Positions 23,560-36,940 of a stretch of DNA of 64,000 nucleotides are shown one piece after another. Made by a program: the position numbers and the translations under genes. Under the pieces are notes generated by a model. It made no database searches. It was not told the origin of the DNA and saw only the letters and a program-made list of their open reading frames with translations. The DNA is from Hemiscyllium ocellatum (taxonomy: Eukaryota), in assembly GCF_020745735.1 (NCBI RefSeq), contig NW_026867481.1, positions 599,291 to 663,290 on the forward strand. Direction: 5' to 3'. Each line of letters begins with the position of its first letter. The stretch's first letter is position 1.

Positions 23560-26210
23560 TGGGTGAAGCAGTTTTCGTTTATCAGCCGTGTTCAGAAAGG
23601 TTCCTGCCTCAGCATATAGATAGACTGACCAGCGTGGATGCCGTTTTATATCAGACTTGTGCTTGGCAACGAATCATACCAGCTGACAGAGCGTTTGAGC
23701 GATAGTAATCATAACTCCCTCACCTTTCAATGTTCATGGAAATGTACGGGACGAGAAGTACGGGAAAGTATTTAGTTGGGGAAGGGGAGATTAGAATATT
23801 ATTCAGCAGGAACTAGGTCGCCTAAATTGGGAACAGATGTTCTCAGAGAAACGCATGACAGAAATGGAGAGATTGTTTATGGCGCAATTGCTGATAGCTG
23901 TTGATAGGTTTCTCCCAAGCATGCAAGGAAGGATTGACAAGTTGGAAAAACCTTGCGTGACAAAGAATGTGCAACATCTAGCCATGAAGAAGAGGAAAGC
24001 TAATTTACTGTTGAGGAGGCAAGAATCAGATAGGGCTCGAGAAGGTTGTAAGGTGGTTAGGAAGGAATTGAAACAATGAACTGTGGAGAGCTAGAAAAGG
24101 GCATGGAAAAACTTTCACAGATAGGATGAAGGAAAACACAAAGGCATTTGACAATTTTCCGAGGAACACGATGATGACCAGTGTGAGGGTAGGGCCAATC
24201 AGGGATAATGAGGGTTAGGGAACTGTGCCTGGAGTCGGAGGAGGTAGGGAAGGCACTTTATAAGTGTACTTTGCCTCAAAGTCACTGCTGGAAGGAACAT
24301 TGACGTTTCTGAGGACGGCGTGAAACAAACTGATTTGAGCGAACATGTTAGTGTTAAGACAAAGAATGTGATAAGATTTTGGAATTCATGAGGATGGATA
24401 ATTCCTCTGGGCCAGAAAGGATATACTTTATGTTTCTATAGGACACGAGGGAAAAGATTTCTGTATCTTTGCTGATGATCTTTGCAATCTTAGGGTACAA
24501 TGGAGTAATTCTCGATGATTGGAGGGTGGCAAATATTGTTCTCTTAAAGAAATGGAATTGAGATAATCGTGAGAATTCTGGAGCAGTCAGTCACACGTCT
24601 GAGGCGGGGAAGGCATTGAGAGAAAGGATCCATCATTACATGGAAAACCCTAGTTTGAGTAAAGTTAGTCATCATGGTCTTATGTGGGGCACGTCATGCT
24701 ACACATTCTTGAGTTCTTTTAGCATGCAACAAAGCGTATTGATGAAGGTAGAGCATTGGATGTGATATACAAGTAATCGAGCAATGCGTTTGATAATGCT
24801 TCCCATGGTAGGCTCATTCAGAAAGTAAGGGAGTACAGGGAAATGTGGATACAGAATTGACTGCCTCATAGAAGACATACTTTGGTTGTATATGGAAGGC
24901 TTCGAGGCTCAATTTTGGCGACCTGTGGTGTTCTGCAGGGATCGTTTCTCGGAACTCTGCTCTACCTCATCTTTATACTTTCTTTACTCACTCATGGGCT
25001 GAGGACGTCACTGGATAACCGACATTTATTGCCCATTCCAGCGGGCAGTTAAGAGTCAACCAGGTAAGGATGGCAGGTAATATCCTTCCCAGAATGGCAT
25101 TAGTGTACCAGATGGTTTTTTTTCCTAACAACCGACAAGGTATTGTTGACCATCTCAGCCTGTTAATTCCAGATGTTTGTTGAATTCACCATGTGTTGTG
25201 GCTAGATTTGAATGTGGGTCTCAACAACATTATCTGGGTATCTGGACTAAGAGTACTGAGATGACACCACTAGGTCATTAACGCCCCTGCAATCACTTGG
25301 CCAAGGAAGTGGAAGCGTGTCCTAGTATGTTTGCAGATTACCCGAAGTTTGGTGCCGTTGTATATATGTGGAGAGCTGTTTGTAGTTTGCAACGTGACAT
25401 TGACAGGATGCAGAACTGGGCTGATAATTGGCAGTGAAATTCAGACAGGAAAGGCGTGAAGTGATCCACTTTGGAAGGTCGAATTTGAATGAAAAATACA
25501 AGTTTTAAGGCTGGATCCTTGGCAGTGTAGAGGTAAAGGGGGGTGTTGAGGTCCAGGTCCGTACATTCTTCAAATTCTCCACACAGTTTAATAGGGTTTT
25601 CGAGAACTAGTATGGTGTGTTTGGCTTTCATTAGCGGGGGATTCTGTTTAAGAGCCACGAGGTTATGCTGCAGCTAATACAGCACTAGCGAGACCACACT
25701 TGGAACATTGTGTTCTGTTCTGATCGCCTCACTGTAGGAATGATGTAGAAACTTTTGAGAGGGTGCGGAGGAAACTTACCAGAATTCTGTGTGCACTGGA
25801 GGATGTGTCTTACGAAGAAACGTTGAAGGAGCTGGGACTTTTCTTATTGGAGCAATGAAGCATGAGATCTGACTTGGAATGAGGTGTACAAGATGATGAG
25901 AGGAATAGATAGAGTGGAAGGGCGTTGACCTTTCCGCAGTCGGTTCTGGCTATAACGAGCATAATTTTAAAGTGATTGGTGGAACTTTTAGGGGACATGT
26001 CAGATGTAGGTTCTTTAAACAGAGAGTGTTGGGTGCATGGAATGCACTGTCAGCAGTGGTAGTGGTGGCAGATACGTTAGGGGCATTTCAGCAACTCTGG
26101 GATCGGCTCATGGAAAATACGTTAGGCTGATCTTAGATAAGGATTAAAGTCAGGGACAACTCGAGGGCAGAACGGCCTCTACTGTGCTGTCCTATTCCAT
26201 TTTCTATGTT
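23560..26210 (+). mobile_element. Degenerate CR1 LINE (EN-RT to 3' tail) with a nested SINE-like insert at ~24990-25295
   Basis: Frameshifted CR1 ORF2 pieces ending in a ttctatgttc-type tail near 26200. Confidence 0.85.
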
Positions 26211-26324
26211 CGATGTTCCATGTTCAATGTAATGCTTTAGAATTCAGAACTAACTATACATGTTATGGAAGGGTAGGCGAGGACCAGCATTTGCGTTTGA
26301 GACAAAATTGTCAAGAGCAATGGT

Positions 26325-26650
26325 TCAATGATGGCACTGTTACCTCAGTGGAGGATCCGGTTCCGTTATTGATTCTAGCCTCGGGCGACTGTCTGTGTAG
26401 AGTTTTCACATTCTCCCTGAGTCTGCCTGAATTTCCTCCTGGTGCACTGATTTTCTCCCACAGTTCGAAAGAAATGCAGGTTAGGAGAATTGGCTATGCT
26501 AAGTTGGCCAGAGCGTTCATGGATGTGTAGGTTAGGTGCATTATTCAGGGGCAAATATAGGGTAGGGGAAATGGATCTCGATTAGTTGATCTTCAGGCTT
26601 GTGAACTTGTTGTGTTAAAAAGGCCTGTTTCCATGTGTAGGGATTCGATG
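26325..26650 (+). mobile_element. HE1/V-SINE family SINE
   Basis: V-domain core ctgtctgtgtagagttttcacattctccc...tttcctcc...tcccacagt..aaaga.atgcaggttagg...attggctatgctaa. Confidence 0.75.
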
Positions 26651-28696
26651 ATTCTATGAATCAAAAATAAAAAACATAGTTTCCTTAGCCTGTAACAAAG
26701 GAAATTTGCTATTCATATCTGATCAGGCTAGGAGAGCGACAAAGTCTCAGCAAATTCATTAACTCTGAACAGTGAAGTGGATTTCCTAACCGAGTCAAAT
26801 GGTGTCAAGAGCAATAAATTGGCAAAAAATACAAGTTCTCGTCAGATTCAGCAATATCAACATCCTGGGATTAGAGTTAACTGAAAACTGAACTGTGTTA
26901 GTTACATAAGGACGGTTCCACCACGAGCAGGGCAGAGACTATGTTTCCTGCAGTGAATGAACAGAAAGGACATAAACAGGTTAAGCCACTTCGCCCACCG
27001 AGTCTACTCCACTATGCAATGCGATTCAGGATGATCTCATAATTCACAACTCAACATTTCTGCCTTTCCCCGTAACCCTAGTATTTCCTTACTGACTAAT
27101 CCTCTTTTACCTTGAATATATTTAACTGCTCAACTTTTAGAGCTCACTGCAATAAAGTCACTACAGATACACGATCCTGAAGAAAGAGAAAAAATCGTTC
27201 TTGACAATTTGCCTTAAAAGAAAACGCTTACTCTGTGATTACATGCTCTGGACCTCGACTGATTTGAGGATAATTCAGAAGAGAACAGATCATTTTCAGC
27301 TGGATATGAATTTCCCAAAGCCTCGATGGGTGAAGAATTGAGTTCTTGCCCCATACAAAGAGCAGTGATACGAGCCAATTGGATTGCGTCAGTTTTGAAT
27401 CAAATATTTTGAACTTTAAATTGTGGTGTGTTAATGCGTCGGAAAACTGAGTGCAGTTCTTAATACACATGAAGTATCGGAATTGTCGCTCACGAACGTT
27501 ACAATGTGCAATAAGGTTCTTATTTCGAAATTTTAACCATTGCCCCGAGAGGTTTGTCGGCAGCCTCCACACGACCCCAGTGAATTTTCTGGTAGTTGGT
27601 CATTTCCTCGAGAATAACTTAAACAAGAGTTTCCACGTGAGATCAAATTGTGAAATCTCATGGGTAACACAAACGTTCTGACATTTATACTTTGGAAATC
27701 AATGCCCAGCCCCCGAGAGAGGAGAACGGGCCAGACATCTCTCAGTCTGATTCACAAACAGAAAATGCTGGGAAAGCTCAGTGGGTCAAAGTAAATCTGC
27801 GTCGTGAGAAATATTGCTAATTGTGGTTGTTTTAGTTCAAATCGGTTTCAAAGGTGCTCCATGAGCTGTCAATAGTTTTGGATTCAGTTTGTGCTGTAAA
27901 GTGATATAAAACTGCAAGGATTCTTTTTTGATCGTGTGCCCTGATGTATTATCTCTCTTCGAGGGAAAATTGCTATTTTCCATCTATGCTATTACATCCA
28001 GTAATATCGAGGATCAATCTTAAATCATGTGTTCTGTAGCACAAGCAATTTTTATTCAGAGCTACATTACCACATGCATGGGAGAGGCCAGAGATCAATC
28101 CTAAACTGGTCTTCCAGTGAGACCCGCTTAGAAATAGCTCAGATCCTAAGGTCTTTGACACCCTGAGTTGCCCAAAGAAATGTATGGTTTTTATAGTCTT
28201 TGCATTATTTTAATTACATGCAAAGTCGATATCATTGTTAGCCATATCCAGAAACCTCCACCATCTGTCTATGGGATCATACAAATCTTCAGAAAGTTTT
28301 CTTCCTCTTTAGACATTTACCAGCTGTATCACAATATTTATGAATAGCATAAATTTTCAGTAAGAACTCTTACACTTCCTGCAAAAGTTTTACAATACCA
28401 GGTTAGGAAGGATGTTATTCTTATTAGTAATTATAACTTCAGTAAAATCAACTCTAATATGAAGTTATTGTGACACGACTGGCAAATTAAGAATCGCCTT
28501 TGTCTGATTCCAACCTCAGACTTGCAATTGTGGTTTATGATCCAATTTGTTTCGATGCTGAATGCGATTTTTAACCTAAATGGTAATTTTAAATACTTCT
28601 TTACTATTTACACGTTAAACACTTCCGATTGCTAATTATCTTTTCTTAATAAATATATATATTCAAATTCCTCTAATAAGAGTGAAATTCTACCAC

Positions 28697-29136
28697 TTAT
28701 AACGTTATCAAGATATTAAATGAAACGTGCTGAAATTTCACAAATAACTCATGGACAAATTGATATGTTGCTGCTGGACTGAAAGAAACGGGTTCAGGCT
28801 GATCTTCCCTTTCTTTGCCATCTGTCCTGAAAGAAACTGGATTTGATTTTACCTTTTGTTCCAAGGAATGTTTCTGGGGATGGTTGCAAGTAATAGGCAC
28901 AGCATCATTAAGTTGTGTTCGCAGAGGTTAAGACATTCTACACATTCTGTTCTCTTTTGTTTGTGTTACATTCAGTAATCTTGTAAAAAAAAATCTGTTT
29001 TGTTTAAACCAAAGTGGTTGGGCCAGCTGCATCACTCCGGGAATGCTCTCTTCATACCTGCTTAAATCAACCAGCAAATTTAGGGGCAGGTCTATCTAAT
29101 TGAAAGATTTAGTGGGGTCTGACCTGGTGCATAAAA
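28697..29136 (+). mobile_element. Degenerate solo LTR related to the 16421-17020 family
   Basis: Contains the reverse complement of the gctgcatcactcc...ggaat...ctgcttaaa motif of that LTR; ends are ill-defined. Confidence 0.5.
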
Positions 29137-30149
29137 CCCTGTATATCTAAATGAAGACCACAAGTCCAGCTTTGAACATTTGCTGGTTTGAACTGTTAAA
29201 ACTTTTGGCCAGGTAGTGTCAGCTGAAAAAGCCCGAAGCGACTATCTTGTCAACTTATTTATGAGCTGCGAAAACCCACCGTCCATCCTCATGACAGTTG
29301 ACTTAAACACCAAGCAAACCTATAAAATATGCAGGATATACACACTATCCTGCTGCCGTGGGTAATGGGTGAATCCTTCAGTTCTCTCATTTTCTCATGT
29401 TATCGTTTATTTATATGGAGTATAATTGCTTGTACTGGTATTATTAACGCAATCAATACAAATAATTTGACAACTACTTGTGCATGAGATATGATCAGGA
29501 TCCACGGGTGTATTTAGGTATTTAGTTCCCCAAACCATAATCTGACGGATCCAGTTCGATTGTTATAACACGCTGTCAACTGTATGAGTTTTAATCTCGT
29601 TTGTATGTTCAGACTATTGTTGAATGACTTCTTCAGCTCTTTTCCCAATCTTTCCCCTGTCTGTAGTCACACGCGGAATTGATGGCACTTCCATTGCCAA
29701 GTACTTTGACACTTCTCAGTGCATGTCAGTTCGCTGGATGGTGAGATCCATCAATTCCTGTCACATCTGTTTGTATAAGTTCTGCACAGTATTAATAATG
29801 CTCTGCCCCGGGATGCAATTTGCAATATTCTGCTCGTTTAACTTGCCCTGCTTTGAACCCTTCTGGGTATAGCTAGTTTATTTGAGGAAACAGCACAATG
29901 TTCTAATCAGGGGTTTCTGCAAGGATGACTGGTTGTTCATTGACGATATAGGCTACATACACTTGTCACATGCCATAAAACAAAAATTGAAAGATTTTGA
30001 CTGGTCATGTGTTCAAAGCTTGATCAGTGATTATTTCCTTGGTGACAATTTACTAAGCTGAAAATGTGTTGTTGGAAAAGCGCAGCAGGTCAGGCAGCAT
30101 TCAAGGAGCAGGAGATTCGACGTTTCGGGTATAAGCCCTTCTTCGCTGA

Positions 30150-31900
30150 GATTGGGATATGGTTCGCGTAATATCCATGTGTTATTGTTCCAGTACGTCC
30201 ATGGATCTTGGCTAGTAGGTCAATCTTATTTTGATTGTTCCATCTGGCTCAGGCAGTGTGACGGAATATTGTTATGTTTTCCTTCCTCTCTTTCAGGCCA
30301 TCAACTACAATGAGTCACCGAGTATTGCATTTTGGCCAACCCGACGTGGGCTAGGCAATGACATGTTTTAATAACGTATTTCATATAAAGTGTGGTGAAA
30401 CTACCTTATCCATCATCACACACACTCTGTCTTACCGTGTCATTACCCCACGCTATTTCCCATTTATTTTTCTCTTTCTGTGTGGCTGTTTCTTGAAGAG
30501 TTTTTTTTAACTTACCTCTCTTGCTTTGTCAAATGTCTGTTCGGTTTCTGTAAACATCTTAGCTGGCTTATTGGCAATCTTATTACCCCATTGTTGCAGT
30601 GTTTCTACCTTCCATTTAGCTCTAATCCTAATTCCAGTTATTTTATTAAACAATTTAGCTGCTTCCATCAACTCTTCAACCTGTTCGTCGAGCTGTCCAT
30701 GAGACAAGGTGATGCACCTTCTCCAACCTCAGGTCAACATATTATCATGCCCTATCCCAAACTCAGGCCTCCCATCTCTCTTCCCTACCATGAAAGCTGC
30801 TGGATTTACTGAACTGAGTTTACAAATCATTGACTATTTGTATATGCTCATCTGCAGGGACATTGCCTTACTTTTCTTGATTCAAATATAATCACATAAT
30901 TATGAGGCTTCATCATTTGTCTCATCAGAGTATTGGGTTAGTACCCTAAAATTGCTCATGTAACGCAATCCAGACCTGTGCACATCGGTAAAGTCTGGCT
31001 ACATCACTCCTCTATTATGTGAATACTATGCTACCGACCTCATATATCATCACTCGCTTGACTTACTGCTGTTTAGTTTCCATTCTCATTATCACAAAAA
31101 CAAATCTGAAAAAGCTTTTTGGCAACCTGATAATACTAACTCTAGGTCAAAGGCTTGCTGTCACCTAGCAAAGGTTATCTCCTTTTAAGGTCACACTCTG
31201 CTCTTTACCTTGACAGTCCAACATTCCCATCCCTAACCAGGGCTTATGAGTGATCTGTCGATTCTGATTAATTCTCCACAAAATTCCTAGAATAAATAAA
31301 CAATCCTAAATTTTGCCTTACATCGTTCACAGAGTGCGTATACAATAATTTTTGTATTGCACCCTGCTGGGATTATTTTTGCCCCTGACTAAATTGATGT
31401 CCCAACTACCTATATGTTACTTCCTGTATTCGCAATTGTACTTTTCGTGGAGTAATTTGACGCCTTGCCTGTCTGACGTCACTGGTTACTGTACTGAATT
31501 TTTCACCAACTGTGTCTGTCAGGATGTCATCTGCATACTGAAAGATAAAAAAAAATCAGTGTCAGTCAGGTAAACTGGATTAACAATATCAGCCATACAT
31601 CGATCAAGTATGGCTAGACTATTGTGGAATTCCTGATATTACCAGGTCCCTGAATTGCATACTCAAACAGCAAATGCCAGCTTATTGTGGGGTTCCTTTT
31701 CCATAGGTACGGACCAGAAGTTGCTCACTATATCGAGAACGGAGAATATATTCCATTGCAATGCTAGTCAATGAACTATAGTGGCATAGTTCGCTAACAT
31801 AATACAGTCCTTTGTGGTATATTTGTTTCAGGAGGTATAAAAAATACTGAGGCGATGTGAACAGTCTGGCTCAATGACCAACCAAATACATTATCTAGCA
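30150..31900 (-). mobile_element. Highly degenerate retroviral pol remnant (RT-connection-RNase H-start of integrase)
   Basis: FSVLDIVSNFWSVP, QEFHNS, FQYADDIL (RT); VA*YSH (tether); ELMEAAKLFNKITGIRIRA...GNKIANKPAK (RNase H); CLAHVG (integrase HHCC start). Confidence 0.7.
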
Positions 31901-32499
31901 TGGGATTCTGTCAGTCTAACTGCTTCCTGATTCTCTATACCAATCTGAATTTCTGCTTCGTTAGGCTACGCTGGGATCCTGTTGAAGCAGTGGGAGGTTT
32001 GGAGGGCAGAGAAGGAGTTGGTGAGAGGGCCCTCGATCTTTATAGGTTTGACAGATAACAACCCATTACTGATCATCTTCTTGATCAAATTCTCATTGAA
32101 ATCTAGTGCACAGCATAACAATGAGTCTTCTGTGGCCCTGAGTGTTTTCTCTTTCAAAATTGAAAGGGCTGCAGGTAATATAAATTAGTAACAAAAACAC
32201 AAGTTTCTGCAAAAGCTCGGTAGGTCTCGCAGCATCTGTGAAGAGAATTCAGAATTAACATTTCGGGGCAGTAGGTTCTTAAGACAGGCAGTGACTATAA
32301 TATGACAAAATTTACTTTGCAATTGGAGAGGGAAACATGTAACAGTATTTTAGTTGAATCAAGACATCGGCAGAGGGAGAAGCTGACCATAACTGACTGG
32401 GAGAGGAGACTAACAGGAAAGAGAGCGGAACAGCAATGGCAGGTTTTGTGGGAATAATTCAAAAATTCGTTTCGAGAAAAACTAAGGGAAAGGGAGGAC

Positions 32500-34480
32500 G
32501 AAGCAACCGTGACTGACAAGGGAAGTGAGGCATACAATCAAAGGAGAAATCATATAAGGGAGCGAAACTCAGTGGGAAACCAGAGGATTGGGACGTCCAA
32601 AGTAACCATCAGAAGACACCGAAAATTGAAAAAAGGAGGGGGAAGATTAAATATGAGTTAGGCTAGCCAGTAATATAGAAGAAATCAAGAATGTTCTTAA
32701 ATGTATAAAGGACAAAAGTGAGGCAAGAGTAGCTAACGTGCTGTTGTAAAATGTAGCCAGAGAAGGAGTAATGGGAAAGAAGAAATGGGGAAGAACCTAA
32801 AGAATTACTTTGCATTGGTCTTCACGGTGGAAGACAGAAGGAAAATCTCAATAATCCAAGAGTGCCAAGAGGCAGAAGTGTATATGGTAGTCATATCCAC
32901 GGAAAAGATGCGAGAAAATCTGGAGATGGATAAATTACCTGGACCTGGTGGACTGAAGAAGGAATTCTGATGGAGAGAGCTGAAAAGGGAATAGAGACGT
33001 TAGGAATGGTCTTTCAGGAATCACTAGAAAAAGGGAAGGTTCCAGAGGACTCCAAAATCCCAAATGTAACTTCTGTGTTTAAGAAGGGCGTAAGGCAAGA
33101 GATGAGAAATTACAGGTTGAGTCGCCTGACACCTTTGGCCACATTTTAGGGTCCATTTTGAAGGATGGCATTTCTGAATATTTAGAAGTGCATGGTAAAA
33201 TCGGGCAAAAAATCAAAATGGTTTCATCAACGGCAGGCCATGCCTGACAAATCTGTTAAATTCTTTTGAAATTGTAAGGAACAAGTTTAACACCGAGAGA
33301 AAATTAATGGTATCTAATTAGAATTCAAGGAGTCCTCTGAAAAGGTGCCACACAGGAGGCTATTGAATAAGATAAGAGACCATATTCTAAATGTGGTCTG
33401 ACCGAAGTCTTATAAAGCATTAGATATACGCACTGCTCTTATGTTTGCATTCTCTAGAAATAAATGTTACAGGCTGGTTAATAGCATGTATAGAAGCGTG
33501 GCTGTCTGGCGAAAAGCAGAGACAGGGGATAAAAGACAAATGGGAGCCAATGACCAGTGATGTTCTCCAAGTGTCAGTTTTGGGCCCACAGCTTTTCACT
33601 TTACACATTAATGATTTGGGTGAAGAGACTGAAGGCAATCTAGCTAATTTTGCAAATGATACAAAGAGAGTTGCGTGAGCATGCAGTAAGGATTTAGGCA
33701 GGTTAGAAAAATGGGCAAAGAACTGGCAGATGGCACGCACGCAGAGAAGTGTGAGGTCACGCACTTTGGCTGGAAGAATAGAGGCACAGACAATTTTCGA
33801 AATGGCGTGGAAATTCCGAAAATTCAAATTCAGAGGGTCTTGGGAGACCCATTCCAGGATTCTGTTTAGGGAAACTTGCACGTTGAGTTTGTTGTTAGGA
33901 GGGAAAATGCAATGTTGGCGTTTATTTCTAGATAATACAAACATAAGAGCAGCGCATATACCTAAGGCTTTATAAGACTCCGGTCAGACCACATTTAGAA
34001 TATTGTGAGCAGTTATGGGTTCCCTATTTCAGGAAGGAAGTACTGGCCGTGGAGTGTGCCCTGGAGAATGAACCAGGAATGTAACTTTGAACATATGAGG
34101 AACTCTGGGTCTCTATTCGAGAAATTTATAAGGACGAGTGGGGATCTAATTAAAACTTACAAAATACTGAACGGCCTGGACACTGAGGATGTTGGGAAGT
34201 CGATTCCATGAACAGAAGAGACGTGTACCCGAGGGTGGAGTCTTTATGTAAAGGCAAGAGTCTTCAGGATGGAGATGAGGAGAAACGTCTTCAGTCAGAG
34301 TTTGCTGAATCTATGGAATTCGTTGCTAGAAAACTCTGTGGAGGCCAGGTTATTGAGTAATTTAAGGGACAGATCTTTAGATTTTTAATTATCAAGAGGA
34401 TCGAAGGTTCAGGGAGAAAGTGGAGAATGTGGTTGAGAAACTTGTCAGCCATGGTTGTATAATGGAGCACACTGGATAAG
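32500..34480 (+). mobile_element. Degenerate CR1 LINE (RT region to 3' end)
   Basis: ORF pieces DKLPGPGG, VLGPQLFTLHINDL...FANDTK and DLIKTYKIL. Confidence 0.85.
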
Positions 34481-36940
34481 CCATTTCCTCAACTGCACAG
34501 TTCTTCTCTCATCTGCTGTTTGTTTGCTTCAATGCTGCTCAGCGTAAACTTTAATCACCTTCTGCTTCTGCAAAATTGGACCGTTCGCAACAGAACATTC
34601 TCCACTGAAAAAATCACAGAAAGAGATAATCAGCCCTTGCATTGGTTTCGAAATTGTATTTTCAACTGCGGAATTAACGATAAAGGGCGGTTAATTGTGG
34701 TTAATTGGTCAGAATGAACATGTGAGCCAGTGTAAGTAGTGGACAGTAAAATCGAACCCTACACTGAGGCTTGCAGCATCAGCTCCACGGTCATTTCCTG
34801 CCCCGTGCCTTCCAGTCATCACTGTCTTTTACTTTTCCACTCCCTCTCTCCTGCTCTGAACTTCTTCCCAGTCAACCGCAGGTTTCTAATTAGAAACTGC
34901 AACTTTTACTCACTGATTCCTGGTAAATGGACGTCACCCATTAGGGCATGATTTATAGCCCTTCCTTAATTACTGCAGAGCTGAAGAGCTGCTTTCTCCA
35001 ATCCTAGACCACCTTGGATGTCGGTATTGCCATGTTAAGAGTAGGAAGGGAGTTTCATGATTTAGATCCAGTAACGCTGAAGGAGCGGAGAGGTAGTTCC
35101 AACTCAGAATGGCACATGACTTGCAAGGGTGTTTGTGGGTGGCAGTTTTCCAATCTATCCACTGCCATTTTCCATTCAGACAATACCAATGTCTTACTGA
35201 ACTGAGTCTGGCAGATTAGCATTTTTGTATTTTATTTGTAATCAGCATTTCGATTTCTTTTGACGAATTGACACAAAAGAAAGAACTCTCAATTTCCTGA
35301 CTGGGAATTTTATCCAGAAATAGTCGATGCAAGCTCTGAATCGTAACCCCGGAAAAAGGAGTGATCTTGACAATAACTCAGCATGTTGACTTGTACACCC
35401 TCTTCTGCTATAGCTTATATCCCATATATCAATCTTAAAGATTTTTTATTTTCTTAATAAATGCTAAAACGTATCGAATATTTTCTTGAAGCTTGAGATC
35501 AGAAGACATGTAAATTGGGGAATTAGATTCTATTAGATACCCTGCAGCGTGTAAACAGCCCATTCAGCCCAACAAGTCCACACCAACGTTCCGAAGATTA
35601 ACCTATTACATAAAACGAATTAAATGATAGAAAAATGCAATCGATACTAGAAATCAAAGGCAAACACAGAAACATCGCCAAAGAAGTAAAAGATCTGCCA
35701 TCATCTGCAGAGAATGAAACAAATTTAATGTTTCGAGGTCAGTTGTACTTTCATTCAAAACAGTTCTGAAGGGAGTCAAATCACACTTGAAACGTTAATG
35801 TAGTGGGCCAAATGTTCCTATTTATAATTATGACTTACATGGAAAAAAAATCAAATCAACGGCAACAGATTTGGAGTTGATTCATGAGTTTCTAAAACTC
35901 AGCAAATCAAATTGACCACGAGATTTTCATATAGATAGAGGAGCAAAATAGCAATCTGTTAGTTTCAGATGTAGACATGAATTTGAAGTGCCACTTCTGT
36001 TGACCTCACACACACTCGGTAGAAAAGAAAAGCATCAAATCTAAATTAGTTTGAAACAAAATAACAAAGATGTAAATAACACCTAATTCACGGAAAGAGT
36101 TGAAATGAATTTGAGTGATTATGATGCAATTGGGAAGAGACTGCTGATGCTTGATTTGAATTAATTTATTATTATCATATCTACTAAAGTAATGCAAAAA
36201 TTTGGTTTTGCATGCAATGGAGGCAGATCACAACATACGACTCACATAGTGTGATTGAAAAGAACGAGGAATCATTGTTACAGCTGCAAAGGTAAGGCAG
36301 AAAAAGCAAGATCTACGTTTGATATTGTTAATTGACTAACAGTTCCTGGATTTTTCAAACTAATGCTGATTGCAGAGCACGTAAACAGACATCAATACAT
36401 CTGAATGAATCATTGATGAGGCAAATTGAAACGCTTGAACCAACTTTTTGATGTCTTCTTCTTAATAATGTTCCAGATGTTCAAATACATAGTAGCCATA
36501 GTTCCAAAACCATTGAAAAATAAATGGATAAAGGAACATGCATAAATACTAATACATTAATTAATCGGTTAACCAAAAAAAATGAATGAATACATATATA
36601 TATTTATGTAATAGGTAGATAAATTAAGAGATAGATAAGTAGATACATGCATACATACATACGTAGATAGATTATAAAGCACTGCCTGACAACACTTGGA
36701 GTCCTCAAGTTGTGTTCAGAGACGCAAACTGTGGATTATTATCACATCTAAAACCTCTACAACTTCAGAAGATTTCAATCGTTCGAATAGTAAACATCAG
36801 AGCTCAAAGTTAATGAGTACAAGAGCCTGCCCAGGATCCTTTCTTATTCTCGTTTGAGAGATACCATGATGAACTGTGCCTCTTTGATGAAAGAGAAAAG
36901 GCATCGGGAAATGTCTCTATTTTGTTATCCATGAAAGGTT

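Larger units (their letters stand above)
17677..25700 (+). repeat. Segmental duplication block B (paralogue ~55575-64000)
   Basis: Colinear CR1 fragments, GPCR pseudogene, 92-bp tandem repeat and CR1/SINE. Confidence 0.93.

Noticed and set aside
29480-29900. Possible L1/Tx1-like RT C-terminal remnant
   Set aside because: Only a short, weak resemblance (RLKLIQL); not enough to annotate without a search.
31966-32175. Minus-strand 63-aa ORF with an upstream ctgcag acceptor
   Set aside because: No recognisable domain or partner exons.
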